A DNA stretch of 64,000 nucleotides from Macrostomum lignano (Eukaryota), in the NCBI GenBank assembly GCA_002269645.1, contig NIVC01001488.1, positions 48,026 to 112,025 of the forward strand, given 5' to 3'. A program made the translations under genes and the position numbers. The notes beneath the pieces are model-generated. The model made no database searches, was not told the DNA's origin, and worked only from the letters and a program-made list of their open reading frames with translations. Position 1 is the stretch's first letter; every line of letters begins with the position of its first letter. Shown here one piece after another: positions 37,638 through 51,600 of the stretch.

Positions 37638-39602
37638 GAAAAGACACGACAATGAGCGAGCGGGCCGGATTGCTATTATGAAGCTTCGAAGGGCTCTGAG
37701 AGCCGGATAGAGGGGCTTCGCCGGCTGCATGTAGTTTGAATGCTTATGTTCATTCCATCTCATTGAGCAGTGCTCAAGCTATGGATAGCTAACTCTGAAC
37801 TTTAATCAGTACTTGCTATCGGTGTTCGCAAGACAATGGAGCCTTCCATTTCAGAAGTAGGCAGTGGCCTTATTTGTAAAGAAAAACAGCAAAAAAATGA
37901 AACAATTTAAACAAAACACAGGCCTTGATTTATTTCTATAGCGATAGAAGCATTGTTATAAAGGTATTTTCAGAAACAGAAAAGATTAGTAAAAATAAGT
38001 GTTGCTGTATAGAAATATTAGTAATATGTGGCGTGAAGTGCTTTTTTTATTTTAATTTCCAATAAAAAATTCCGCTTTCGCAAATTATCGAATGAAAAAC
38101 TGTAATTTTTTTCTTAAAAGACGGACAGAGACAGCGCGAGGGTGCGAGGCGAGCTCAGCAAATTTGACGGTTATCACAGCACAGCCGGACAAGAATTGAT
38201 TATAAATTTCTATTGCTATGAACAGCGGGGCCAGCAGTTACTATTAGTAGTATATGCAGCAAATGTGAGCTGGAGGGGGCCGGGCACAGCTTGACCTTAG
38301 ATGAACCCGGCAAAGAGATGCTTCGCTAGAGTGCGGCGGCTACCGTTTCATTTAAACAAACAAAAACACAGAAATGACGGGGCGAACAGAAGAGTGTAAA
38401 TAGAATAGAAAATAATATCTTCCCATACTACTGATAACCATCTTGCTAATTTCTATGTATCTACGGTATATATAAATATATATATATAACAAGTAAGCAT
38501 TTAGGCCTAGTAATGATAAACCTACGAATTAAATTATCTTGTAGGCTGTCTGTGCAGTTAATACCTTTAATTGTAACAAAAATATGTAATAGAAAAATTT
38601 TACTTTACGGCTGGTTGCGTTTGAAAAGATCGCTAAGGGGGGGGGCGCTGGCGAGTCTTAGTAAATTCTGTAATTAATAAAATAATATTTCTAATCGCAA
38701 TCATTAACAGAATCTTTGCTCACATCTAGAAAAGACAGTGGGGAGTCCAGAGGGGAGAAGCCGCTAGAAATTCAATTTTTTCTTAAATAATTCCAGCACT
38801 CAGAAAAATTCAATTCTTCAGATTCAAATCTGAGAAGCTCAAAGTCGGCCGTTTCCCCTCTGGATCTGAGCAAGAGTAACTGGGGGAACCAGAAGATGGA
38901 GAGAGGCGCACACGGGACAGACAAGAAAATGAGCGCTATGGATGAAACCTGCCAGAGGTTTGCCGGGTGCGTGCGACAGTCTCGAGCGCAATGACGGGCA
39001 GCTCGCGAAAGTTCGAAAACAGACGAGCGGCTTGGGAAAAAAGGCAGCACAAAAAAGCTGGGAAACTGCGGCTGAGAGGGCGGCGAGACGCCGCTCTCCG
39101 AGCTCGAAACCGAACAGAAAAGCCTGGATTAAACAATTGAAATTTTCCAACACGCTGGACCCAAAGCTTGATTAAAAAATTCCGAATTTTTACACAATTT
39201 TTTTTACTACTGATTACGCCTAATTGTACATGAGTAGTGCGAGTAGCGCAAGGCAAACGATTTTTTTTCGAAAAAAACAATAATTGAGAAAATAGGCGGG
39301 AATGAATTTTCTGATTCAAAATTGAACGGCACGAGAAGAAAAACTTGGGAAATTTGAAAGATATTATTAAAAAAACGGACGGAACGTCTGTGACCCACTT
39401 AGAAGTAGCAGTAGTATATATCAGCTAGTTTTACTTATCCTTACAGACTTTACAGCCGGGCTGGCTACCCCGGCACGCAGCGGGGCAGGGCGGGAACTGA
39501 CAGAAGAGAAAAACAAGCAAGTCTAGAAGAATCCAAGAATGAAAACCCGGGTGTCTGATGTTATTGTTGCTACCAATTGTTAAACAATTTCTCAGTCTAC
39601 GT

Positions 39603-42600
39603 TCACTTTTTAAGCGAGGACTTCAGGCTGGGGCCGCGGCTCAGCCGCATGCCGGCCGGCCGGCCCGACGGGGTGGACGAGCGCAGCGCTCCGCCGGCGC
39701 CGCCGAGGCGCGAAGGCGAGCCGGCGCGCTTTCCGGCGCCGCCGGGGAAGGCGTTGTGCAAGTCGAGGGCCTCGTCGAGCCGGCGGGACTCGGCGTCGAA
39801 CAGGGCGGCGTCCAGGCCGGGGTCGCGGCTGACGGTGCCGAGCGACGAGTCCAGGATGGTACGAATGTCGGACAGGTCGCCGGCGGCGCCGCGGGCCGAC
39901 TTGGACAGGAACTGGTTCCTACGGCGCACCTCCTGCGCCAGCTGGTCTTTCAGCGTGGCAACCTGCGAGCGAGAAAAAATCATTATTTTTTGTGCTAATT
40001 GCGTCACTTATAAATGGATTCAATATTTTTTTACGTTTTATGTCCTTATTTTTCTACTTAAAAATTATTTAGTAGTATGATGCGGAACTGTAAAGATTCT
40101 ATTTTTTGTAGTTAAACATGAAATTTTACTCAACATAAAATTCTCTGAGACTCACCTGCTCTTCCAGTCCCTTGACCCGCTGTCTGTGCAGGCGCTCCCG
40201 GTTCTCCAGAGTTCGCTCCGCAGCCAGCTGGCCAGCCTTCAGCCGCTCCAGCTCCGTGTCGGTCTCTTCGCGATGCTTGGCGCCTAGGTCCATCAGGCGC
40301 TGCGAGTGGGCCTGCTCCGCCTCGGCAAGGTGACTCTGCAGGGCCTGCACCTGGCGCTGGAGGGCTTCGTTCTCCTCCTCCAACCGACGCAAAGCGGAGT
40401 CGAGCTCGCCGCGAGCGAAAGCCGACTTGGAGGCCGCCTCCTCCGTGCGGATGCGCTCCCGCTCCACCTGGCGGGGCGGTGAAGCGCGGCTGCACTTTAT
40501 GGCCTCATTGGCTTTTCATGACCGTTTAAATATAGCTTGGGGCGATTACCTCGGGTAGTTTATGGCGATTATTTCTGGTATTTTATGGCGATTATCTCGG
40601 GTAGTTTATGGCGATTATCTCGGGTAGTTTATGGCGATTATCTCGGGTAGTTTATGGCGATTATTTCTGGTATTTTATGGCGATTATCTCGGGTAGTTTA
40701 TGGCGATTATCTCGGGTAGTTTATGGCGATTATCTCGGATAGTTTATGGCGATTATCTCGGGTAGTTTATGGCGATTATCTCGGGTAGTTTAGGGCGATT
40801 ATCTCGGGTAGTTTATGGCGATTATCTTAGGTAGTTTATGGCGATTATCTCGGGTAGATTATGGCGATTATTTCTGGTAGTTTTTGTTTATGGCGATTAT
40901 CTCAGGTAGTTTAGGGCGATTATCTCGGGTTGTTTATGGCGATTATCTCGGGTAGTTTAGGGCGATTATCTCGGGTAGTTTATGGCGATTATCTCGGGTA
41001 GTTTAGGGCGATTATCTCGGGTAGTTTATGGCGATTATCTCAGGTAGTTTATGGCGATTATCTCGGGTAGATTATGGCGATTATTTCTGGTAGTTTTTGT
41101 TTATGGCGATTATCTCAGGTAGTTTAGGGCGATTATCTCGGGTAGTTTATGGCGATTATCTCAGGTAGTTTATGGCGATTATTTCTGGAATTTTATGGCG
41201 ATTATCTCGGGTAGTTTAGGGCGATTATCTAAAAGGTTCGATCCTCTGAAGGGGTTGTTGGGCAATATTATAAAACCTTTTGGGAGCAGTTCCTAGACAA
41301 GCCAAATAACATCGGTAGATAAAAAACTTGCAAGTATAAAAAACACGTGACCGAAAAAGAAAAAAAAACATAAAAATCTTTGACAGGAACTCGTGAGTGG
41401 TCAGTAGCATTTTGAGCTCTTTTTAAGTGTAAAAAAAATTGTAAAATCCGAAAATTATAACAATTTTGGAAATAAAAGAATATTCATTACTATGCTGAAT
41501 AACCGTGAGTTAAAACCAAATTAATAATCTGGTCCGCCTTTCCCGGCACCTACTATCTATTAGCGACAGATCGTCGCAGAAATCGGCGGGGGTTTCCACG
41601 AACGGGCCGTGCTCGGGGCAGTACTGGCGCACCAGCAGGACGAGGCCGCCGCAGTGGCGACAGTGCACAAGCGAGCGGGACTCGACTTGGCCGCAGTGGT
41701 GGGGCTTTTCAAAGCAGAATGAATAATCGAATATAAAATTCATATAAATTATACTACACTACTTATTGCGTCATACAGTAGGTAGAATAAAGGAACATTG
41801 TAATCATTAATTACTCTATGGAAATTCATACTAAAAATATTTTTGTTGATTTCGACACGAAGCTTTTAGCGATATGTATCGATAGAAATATTGAAAAGCC
41901 TAAAATAACAAACCTTGTCGAGCGTCTTCTTCAGCGCGGTCTTGTCCTTCTCCAATCGGCTGGCCGACTTCTCAATCTCCTTCTTTTCATTCTCCAAGCC
42001 GGCCAGGGCGCGCTGAAGGCTCTGCACCCGCTCCTGCATGGCGGCGCGCTCTTGATTGGCCTTGTTGAGCTTCTGCGTGAGCTCCTGCTCAGCCTCCTGC
42101 TTCTGGGCCAGCAGAGAGTTCGTCTGCCGATTTGAGTCCTCCAGATCGTTGCGCCGGTGCTCGTTGTCGGTGAGCTCACCCTGACAGTGTATTTTTGTTC
42201 GATTGTACAATGAGAAATAAAAAAGATATTCCCTATGGCATTCTAAATGGCACTCTATGTCAGTCTACGTCTATGGCACTCTGTCAGTCTATGTCTATGG
42301 CACTCTATGTCAGTCTATGTCTATGGCACTCTATGTCAGTCTATGTCTATGGCACTCTGTCAGTCTATGTCTATGGCACTCTATGTCAGTCTATGTCTAT
42401 GGCACTCTATGTCAGTCTATGTATTTGGCACTCTATGTCAGTCTATGTCTATGGCACTCTATGTCAGTCTATGTCTATGGCACGCCATGTCAGTCTATGT
42501 CTATGGCACTCTGTCAGTCTATGTCTATGGCACTCTGTCAGTCTATGTCTATGGCACTCTGTCAGTCTATGTCTATGGCACTCTGTCAGTCTATGTCTAT

Positions 42601-45600
42601 GGCACTCTGTCAGTCTATGTCTATGGCACTCCATGTCAGTCTATGTCTATGGCACTCCATGTCAGTCTATGTCTATGGCACTCCATGTCAGTCTATGTCT
42701 ATGACACTCTGTCAGTCCGTCTATGGCACTCTATGTCAGTCTATGTCTATGGCACTCTGTCAGTCCGTCCATGGCACTCTATGTCAGTCTATGTCTATGG
42801 CACTCTGTCAGTCTATGTCTATGGCACTCCATGTCAGTCTATGTCTATGGCACTCTATGTCAGTCTATGTCTATGGCACTCCATGTCAGTCTATGTCTAT
42901 GGTAGTTTATGTCAGTCTATGTCTATGGCACTCCATGTCAGTCTATGTCTATGGCACTCCATGTCAGTCTATGTCTATGGCACTCCATGTCAGTCTATGT
43001 CTATGGCACTCCATGTCAGTCTATGTCTATGGCACTCCATGTCAGTCTATGTCTATGGCACTCCATGTCAGTCTATGTCTAAGGTACTCTGTCAGTCTAT
43101 GTCTATGGCACTCCATGTCAGTATATGTCTATGGCACTCCATGTCAGTCTATGTTTATGGCACTCCATGTCAGTCTATGTCTATGGCACTCTGTCAGTCT
43201 ATGTCTATGGCACTCTGTCAGTCTATGTCTATGGCACTCTGTCAGTCTATGTCTAAGGTACTCTGTCAGTCTATGTCTAAGGTACTCTGTCAGTCTATGT
43301 CTATGGCACTCCATGTCAGTCTATGTCTATGGCACTCTATGTCAGTCTATGTCTATGGCACTCCATGTCAGTCTATGTCTATGGCACTCTATGTCAGTCT
43401 ATGTCTATGGCACTCTGTCAGTCTATGTCTAAGGTACTCTGTCAGTCTATGTCTAAGGTACTCTGTCAGTCTATGTCTATGGCACTCCATGTCAGTCTAT
43501 GTCTATGGCACTCCATGTCAGTCTATGTCTATGGCACTCCATGTCAGTCTATGTCTATGGCACTCTATGTCAGTCTATGTCTATGGCACTCTATGTCAGT
43601 CTATGTCTATGGCACTCTATGTCAGTCTATGTCTATGGCACTCTATGTCAGTCTATGTCTATGGCACTCTATGTCAGTCTATGTCTATGGCACTCTATGT
43701 CAGTTTATGTCTATGGCACTCTATGTCAGTCTATGCCTATGGCAGTCAATGACAGCCATATTATCCAATCGCAATACCTGCAGAGACTGCACTCGCTCCA
43801 GCAGCTGGTGATTCTGGTGCTTGGCCTCGTTCATAGCGGCGTGCGTGTTGTCAAGACGCTCCTGCAGAACCCGCCGATCATGCTCGGAGCTGGTGAGCGC
43901 CTTCTGCAGCTGGCCGACCCGCTCCTGCAGGCTGTCGATGGTGGCGGCCATGTCGGACACGGAGCCGTTGAGCTGCTGCACGCGGTCCTTCTGCTGGCTG
44001 CCGTCCTCTTCAGTCTTGGCCAGGGAGACGCTGAGCCGCTCGATGGTGAGCTGCAGCGACTGCGCCTTGGACTCGAGGTCCGCAATCTGCTTGTTCAGGT
44101 TGTCCACGCGGTCGTGTAGCACCTGGAATTCAACAACAGGATAATTCAATTCAAACTACGAATCATAGCCGGCAAAGGCGAATCTGATCAATCTGATTAG
44201 CGGCGCGATTCCCCAACCTGATTCTCGGCGTCCTTATCGCCCAAAGCGAGGCGCATTCTCTGCAGGTCGCCCTCGAGCGCGCGTTTGGTCAGCTCCAGCT
44301 GGGTGCAACGGTTCTCCACGTCGTCAAGGGAACGTTTCAGGTTCTTCTTGTCCTCCTCTTGACGGGCGTCGTGCTGCTTCATCTTGTTCAACTTCTCCTG
44401 AAAGGTGGAAGTGATTTTTAATAGTATATACATATTGCACTACTCATGACGTCATTGATTAAGTCGGAAACAAGCATTAAATATCTTTGGCAAAAATCTT
44501 TATTGAACTACTTGTGATGTCATCTGTTCAGTAGTTACAAAGGGCATTGTAATACAAAAAGAATTTCGCCTTACCTGCAGCTGGCGCTTCTCGGTCTCCA
44601 GGCCGGAGATCTGACGCTCCAGGCCGGACATCTTGTCGCCAAGGGCCTTCTTCTCGCGCTCGTTGCGCCTGATGGTCTCCTCCTGGAGCATCAGCGCGGT
44701 CTGGGCGCTGGCCAGCCGGCCGTCAATGCCTTTCTTGTCCTCCTCGGTCTCGCATAGGTTCCGGTGCAGCTGCTGGGTTCGCTGCTCGTTGCGCTGGGCG
44801 GCCTCCTCCATCTCGGCGACGCGCTGCTCCAGCGAGCGGGCCGCGGCCAGGGCGTCGTCGCGCTCGCGCTCCGTGTTGACGAGCTGCTGGACGAAGTCGC
44901 GCAGAGCCAGACGGACAGCCTCCGGATCGATGTCGCAGGCGTTGGCAATGTCGCCGCGGGACGGCGAGCCGGAGCGGAATGGCGAGCGGCCGCGGGCGGC
45001 GGGAGAGCCGGAGCGCGGGATCGGCGAGCCGCGGCCCTCGGCGGTGGTGGCGAACGGCTGTGAGCCGTCGAAGCCTATTCAATGCCAAGTTGCAATTTCA
45101 ATGGCATTATTTAAGTTGATCAATGCTACTGATAGTAGGTTGGGCAAACATTTTGCAATCCATTTGTATTAACGCCGGCAAATTGTTAAAGTTAAAGTAT
45201 TGCGCTAAAACCGACGGGGTCACAATAAGTATATTTCAAAGTTCCAAGGGTACTTTATAGAAAATCAAATTTATCCAGCTGCATGCAAAAACCAGACCAT
45301 ATAAATCTGCATAAATTCGACATTCGACACGTCAAAAACACAAAAGCAACCTTGAATGCGATTTGCCCTACCCGCTTGGGGGAGCTGCTTGATGATAATG
45401 AAACATTATTGCCTACTATAAGTAAGCGAAGCGCGAATGCTTTGCTTTGACACTGACTAAGTAATATTGAACTTATTTTTTCAGTTTCTATATTGCAAGA
45501 ATTCATTCATGCTCATGCTAGCGAACTGTCTGCAGCTGCCGTCTTGGAACTGTTGGAATTAATAAGCTCATCATCAGTCTGGATAATCTGCGGCTACTCA

Positions 45601-48600
45601 GGCAGAGCCAGCAGCTCATAGTCAAGGCAGTCGCACAGTTGGCCGGCCCGTTCGGAGCGGCCGCCCGCTGCGAAGAGTGAAATTAGTTTTACTTGAAGCA
45701 TTATAGTGTATACCGCTATAGTTATTAAAAACCTGTTAGAGTTAGACTACTTGTAGTAGGTGAAATGCGCGCAGCTGTAATAAATAAAATGCAAATAAAT
45801 TTATTAGAAATACAAAAATTGCACCATAGCTTTACGAACTCACTGCAGCAGGTTGAGACGGTTAGAGGCAGCTAGTTCTGGCCTAGAATTTGAGCAACTT
45901 TGAGCAACTAAAACTCTATTGTGCTGTTGCAGGCCATTTTTATTCAGCCACGAGAACGGAGAGAAAGAGATGGGCGGAGGCGGGGAGGGCAGTAGCGAGT
46001 TTACAATGGGCAGGCAGCCGCACAGCCTGAGGGCGAGGCCGATGCTCATCTAAGCGTGACCAGCGCTGCTCTCACAGCTGTGTGCCATTCTCAATCAATG
46101 AGCAGTTCAAACAGCCCCATCTCCCTCCCCTCAGTCTACACTAGTAGCGCAGGGTTGTCATGACAACCAGAGCCCGAACTCGGACTGAAAGTGACAGAAC
46201 GAAAAGCAGAGAGGGGGGTCAGAGACAGCGAAACTGAGAATGGCAGAGTAGAAGCCCCCCTAGCAGATGAAATGCGATATCTAAGCAGTTAATCTTGTTG
46301 TTAAATTATTAAATAAAGCGTTTACCCTTGTAAGCTACGTTAGCTTCGTTAAGGCTCAGAGACGAGCTGGTTAGTGTGCGCCTAACATAGCCGGGCCCGC
46401 CAGCTGCTGAGTATCTGTGCTGCTGCTGCTGCTGCTGCTGGGGGCTGTTAGCGTTGGAGCCCGGCCGAGACCGGTGCAGGTTAAGCAGGGAAGTCGGCTT
46501 GCGCAAGGCGTTAGGCGGCTGCTGCTGCTCGCCGGACCTACCCTTGGTGGGGCTGTTCGGCCGGCTGCGCCTGGCCGGGCTGGGCGACCGGCCGCGCATG
46601 GGGCTGGGCGAGCGCGGGTTGTCCTGCCGGAATCCGATGAGGCGGCGCATTGATGAGTGGATGCTGGCCAGCTTGTACTCCAGCTCCTTCTTCACCGAGT
46701 CAGTGCGGGCCAGAGTGGTCTCCAGGGCGTTGATGCGGCCTTCGGCTCCGCCCAGCGCCTGGCGGAGCTCGTTGTTCTCGGCGCTGGCGGCCTCCACACT
46801 GAGCTGCAGTTCGCTGCGGGCGTCATCGAGACGGCGGAGCTCCTTGCGGGCGTCCTCCATGGCCAGGGCGAAGTCGCGCTGCTTGCTGCGCAGCTCCTCC
46901 TCGAGGTCGGCCTCGCGGCGCTTGGAGTTGCCGAGCTCCTTGCGGAGCGCCTCGCGGGAGGCCTCCGTCTCCACCACCTGCGGGGTTATTGGGTCATTGG
47001 GGACTGCTATGAGCCCTTCACTGGGTCATTGGGGACTGCTATGAGCCCTTTACTGGGTCATTGGGGACTGCTATGAGCCCTTCACTGGGTCATTGGGGAT
47101 CATTATAAAAGGCTGCATGGGACTTAGCATATCTCTGCAGGCAGAAGTCATCAGGTTCCGTCATGACCAAGTTAATTAGTTGGACGATCTTTGGACGAAA
47201 GTTTTTCTAATCAATAAATTGCTTTCTAAAAAGCACTTTCTAATCATTCTTCCATCTGTCAATCTGTCATTTTATAAACAGCAAATGAAATTTATGGCTG
47301 TTGAAGTTTGGGGCTCAGCTGTCAGCGGTGAGAACTGATGCCAATAAATTATTAATAACAGGCCCAACCCATCCTGAAGAGTCCATTGGAAAACTCAGAA
47401 TGCCCTTAATTTGACTGATTGAGTGATTGATTGAACTGCCTGAGTGACTGGCTTGGAAGCTAAGAGGAACGGAAGAGGAGCCAGTGAGTCCTGGCTGGGC
47501 TCAAATTTCTAATTACGATTGAAAAAACTTCTTTTTCAGATGGTTTCGTCTCTTGAACAGAAAATATGAATATCAATAATGAGAGTTAATGGGTAACTTG
47601 GGAGTCACTGGGTATCTTGAGAGTCACTGGGTATCTTGGGAGTCATTGGGTATCGTGAGAGTCACTGGGTATCTTGAGAGTCACTGGGTATCTTGGGAGT
47701 CACTGGGTACCTGGGAGTCACTGGGTATCTGGGAGTCACTGGGTATCTTGAGAGTCACTGGGTATCGTGAGAGTCACTGGGTAACTTGGGAGTCTCTGGG
47801 TATCTTGAGAGTCACTGGGTATCTGGGAGTCACTGGGTATCTTGCGAGACTGGGTATAGGGAGTCACTGGGTATCTTGCGAGACTGGGTATCTGGGAGTC
47901 ACTGGGTATCTTGCGAGACTGGGTATCTGGGAGTCACTGGATATCTTGCGAGACTGGGTATCTGGGAGTCACTGGGTATCTTGCGAGACTGGGTATCTGG
48001 GAGTCACTGGGTATCTTGAGAGTCACTGGGTATCTTGGGAGTCATTGGGTATCGTGAGAGTCACTGGGTATCTTGAGAGTCACTGGGTATCTTGGGAGTC
48101 ACTGGGTACCTGGGAGTCACTGGGTATCTGGGAGTCACTGGGTATCTTGAGAGTCACTGGGTATCGTGAGAGTCACTGGGTAACTTGGGAGTCTCTGGGT
48201 ATCTTGAGAGTCACTGGGTATCTGGGAGTCACTGGGTATCTTGCGAGACTGGGTATAGGGAGTCACTGGGTATCTTGCGAGACTGGGTATCTGGGAGTCA
48301 CTGGGTATCTTGCGAGACTGGGTATCTGGGAGTCACTGGATATCTTGCGAGACTGGGTATCTGGGAGTCACTGGGTATCTTGCGAGACTGGGTATCTGGG
48401 AGTCACTGGGTATCTTGACAGTCACTGGGTATCTTGAGAGTCACTGGGTATCTGGGAGTCACTGGGTATCTTGAGAGTCACTGGGTATCTGGGAGTCACT
48501 GGGTATCTTGCTTAACTGGATATCGGAATCACTGGATGTCCTAAGTGTCTTTGGGTATTTGAGCTGATAAAACTCATCAAAGAATTATGAAGTCCCAGAC

Positions 48601-51600
48601 TCTGTCCCTCATCGCTCACCTTCTGCTTGAGTCCGAAGTTCTCCCGGCGGTTCTCCTCGTCCTTCTCCTCGTCGTGGGCCACCCGGGACTGCAGGTCGCA
48701 GACCTCCTTGCACAGCTTGCCCCGCTCAGTGTCCAGCATCTTCACCTGGCGACGGAGCTCCTGCAGCTCGCGCTTGGCCTCCACCCGGGCCTTCTCGACC
48801 TCGCGCAGGTTGCCGCGAAGGTCGGCGACCTCCTTGCCGAGGGCGGCCTTCTGCTCCTCAAGCACGCCGATGCGCTGCTTCTGCTCGGCGATAGACCGGT
48901 CGCGCTCGATGCGCTCGGCCTCCATCTCCTTGATCTGGGCGGGGACAGGGGTGCGGACTGGGCTGGTCTGACCGGTTCTCACTGCCTGTCTGACCGGTTC
49001 CCACTGCCTGTCTGACCGGTTCTCACTGCCTGTCTGACCGGTTCCCACTGCCTGTCTGACCGGTTCCCACTGCCTGTCTGACCGGTTCTCACTGCCTGTC
49101 TGACCGGTTCTCACTGCCTGGCTGACCGGTTCTCACTGCCTGTCTGACCGGTTCTCACTGCCTGTCTGACCGGCTCTCACTGTCTCCTTCACTGGTTCTC
49201 ACTACCTGTCCCAGCCTTGGCCACCAGACCTCTCACCTTTTTCCTCAGCTCCTCGTTGCTCTTCTCCACGGCTTCCCGGGCGCGGCCCTCCTCGGCCAGC
49301 TGGCGTTTGAGCTCGAAAATCTCGCGCTTCTGGGCGTCCAGCGCCTCCTCCTGCTCGCGGATCCGGCGATTGGCGTCGATGAGCTCGCGGCGCAGGTTGT
49401 CCCTGGCGTCCTCGGCCATGCGCAGCTGCACCTTCAGCTCCGCCACCTCGCGGCAGGCGGCCTCGCGCTGCTGAGTGAGCTCGTTAATCTGCTCATTCAG
49501 CTTGCGCACCTCGGCCTCGTGCTCCTCCACTGTCTGCTCGAACTGGTCGCGGAATTTCTTCAGCTCGCCGTTCAAACTGTTGATGGTCTCCTTGTCCTGC
49601 TGCTGCTTGGCGGCCGCCTCGCGCCGGGCGCGGTCCAGCTCAGAGGCGACGGTCTGGGGGAGAGAGGGACGAGCGAACGGGGATCGGGTGACGTGGTAGC
49701 GGGGGGAGGAGCTTTCTTAGAATGCCGACCAGCCAATCGGATGCAGGTGGGAGGGTCACGTGACTAATTAATCGATTAATTAATTGATTAACAGGCAAGA
49801 CCAGCGGTCCTGCGCAGCAATTCCAAACGCAGTCACATGCCATTAATTTGGGGCTAAATTGGAATCTCGGCTTGGACCAACCGCCCCCCCCCCCAAAGCA
49901 CAGTGAATTTTACATGACTAAATATAAATAAAGTTAGGGTCACTGTACACTCCTGTGTGAGTGCGTGCCTGTGCTTGTGTGCCTGCTCAGGGGAGTCCCC
50001 GGTTGTGTGACAATGTCGCCTAAAGTGCCCCAGGCTTCAATAAGAAAACAAGCCATAAGCATAGATAGAGATTCACGCCTAGCAACTAAGAGATCAAGTG
50101 ACTAAACTCGCACCTGCAGCTCGGCGTGCGTGTTGCCCAGCCGCTCCAGAATGGTGGACTTCTCCTGCTCCACAATGCTCAGCGCCTGCTGCTTGTCATT
50201 CTCGGCCAGCATGAGGCTCTCGTCCCGCTCGCGCTGGCAGGCGGCGATCTCAGTGTGCAGCTGCTCGCGTTCGCGCTCGAACGAGCTGACCATCTCCTCG
50301 CGCTCCATGTTGTTCTGGTGGATCATCTCCTGGCGCTGGTTCTCGTATTCGGCGCGCTGGTTGTCCTGCGGGACAGATGGGATGGAGAGGGGGATGTTAC
50401 CGGACTTCCTGACAGCTTTGAGAATAGCCTCTGAGTAGAATAAGTCATGAGATTCTCTCAGAGTCACTGAGCACAGTCACGTGACGCTCTCAGAGTCATC
50501 GAGAAGAAAAAAGTCACGTGACGCTCTCAGAGTCATCGAGAAGAGTCACGTGATGCTCTCAGAGTTATCAAGAAGAGTCACGTGACGCTCCCAGAGTCAT
50601 CGAGAAGAGTCACGTGATGCTCTCAGAGTTATCAAGAAGAGTCACGTGATGCTCTCAGAGTCATCAAGAAGAAAAGAGTCACGTGACGCTCTCAGAGTCA
50701 GGGGGCCCGTTCTATAAAGCCATCGTAAGATAAGATCGTTCTTAGCTTCTATCTCCGCAGTATAAAAGTTCCGACGTACGTTCGAACTTCACTACGACAG
50801 CTTTATAGTACGACCCCAAAGAGAAGAAGAGAGTCACGTGACGCTCCCAGAGTCATCGAGAAGAAAAGAGTCACGTGACGCTCTCAGAGAGTTACTGAAC
50901 GGATGATAATGAGTTAAAGCATCACAAGAAATCCAGAAATTTGCTCACCTTCTCCTTGGTCAGCCTCTCCAGATCGTCCTCATGAGACTGCTGCTCCTGA
51001 GCCAGGGCGTGCTTCAGGTCGCGCTCCATCTGCTGCATCTTCTGCTGCAGATTCTCGCGCTGTCTGGTGAGCTTGTCGCATTCGACCTCGAACTCCTTGG
51101 TGATGCGGCTGATCTCGGCTGCAGCAGTGAGGGTTTGAGATATTCGAGCTGAGAGTTGACAGAACAGATTTATTAAAAAAAGAGATGCAGTCTGTTTGGC
51201 AGGCCTCAGCAATGATAAGCTACAGCAAACAGCGACTGAGTGGCTATTGGCCATGCAGCTTACCATTGAGATTCTCCTTCTTGATGATGAGCTCCTGGTT
51301 CTCGCCCTCCAGCTGGCCTTTGCGAGTCTCCAGCTGGACGATCAGCTCCTGGGCCTCGTGCAGCGCGTCCTCGAGCTGGTCCTTGTCGGCCCGCAGCCCG
51401 GAGGCCAGCTCGCCAAGGCGGCGAATCTCCCGCTCGCAGGCGGTGAGCTGCACAACGAGCTCGCCCTTCTCCTTGGTGAGGTCCTCCTTCTCCTTGGCAA
51501 CTCGGAGGACGGTGTTGGACGCCCGCTCAGTCTCCCGGCGCGAGGCCAGCAGCTCCTCGGCCAGGGCTCGCTTCTGCCTGCCGATGGCGTTCAGCTGCTC

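Noticed and set aside
38772-39398. ORFs between the ApoL-like gene and the rootletin 3' end
   Set aside because: No motifs, consistent codon bias or splice structure; probably intergenic or regulatory.
42195-43811. Long ORFs (up to 501 aa) of [12 protein letters not shown]-type repeats
   Set aside because: These are translations of a 24/26-bp intronic minisatellite that lacks stops by chance, lying antisense inside a rootletin intron. The same applies to ORFs at 15.5-23.4, 29.8-30.3, 47.6-48.4, 53.1-53.8, 56.6-57.4, 58.0-59.5 and 60.6-61.2 kb.
45840-46049. Possible extra rootletin exon ending CTGCA|GTGAGT
   Set aside because: The open frame would end in phase 2, which is incompatible with the phase-1 acceptor at 45074. 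It could be a non-coding first exon, but there is no support for that.
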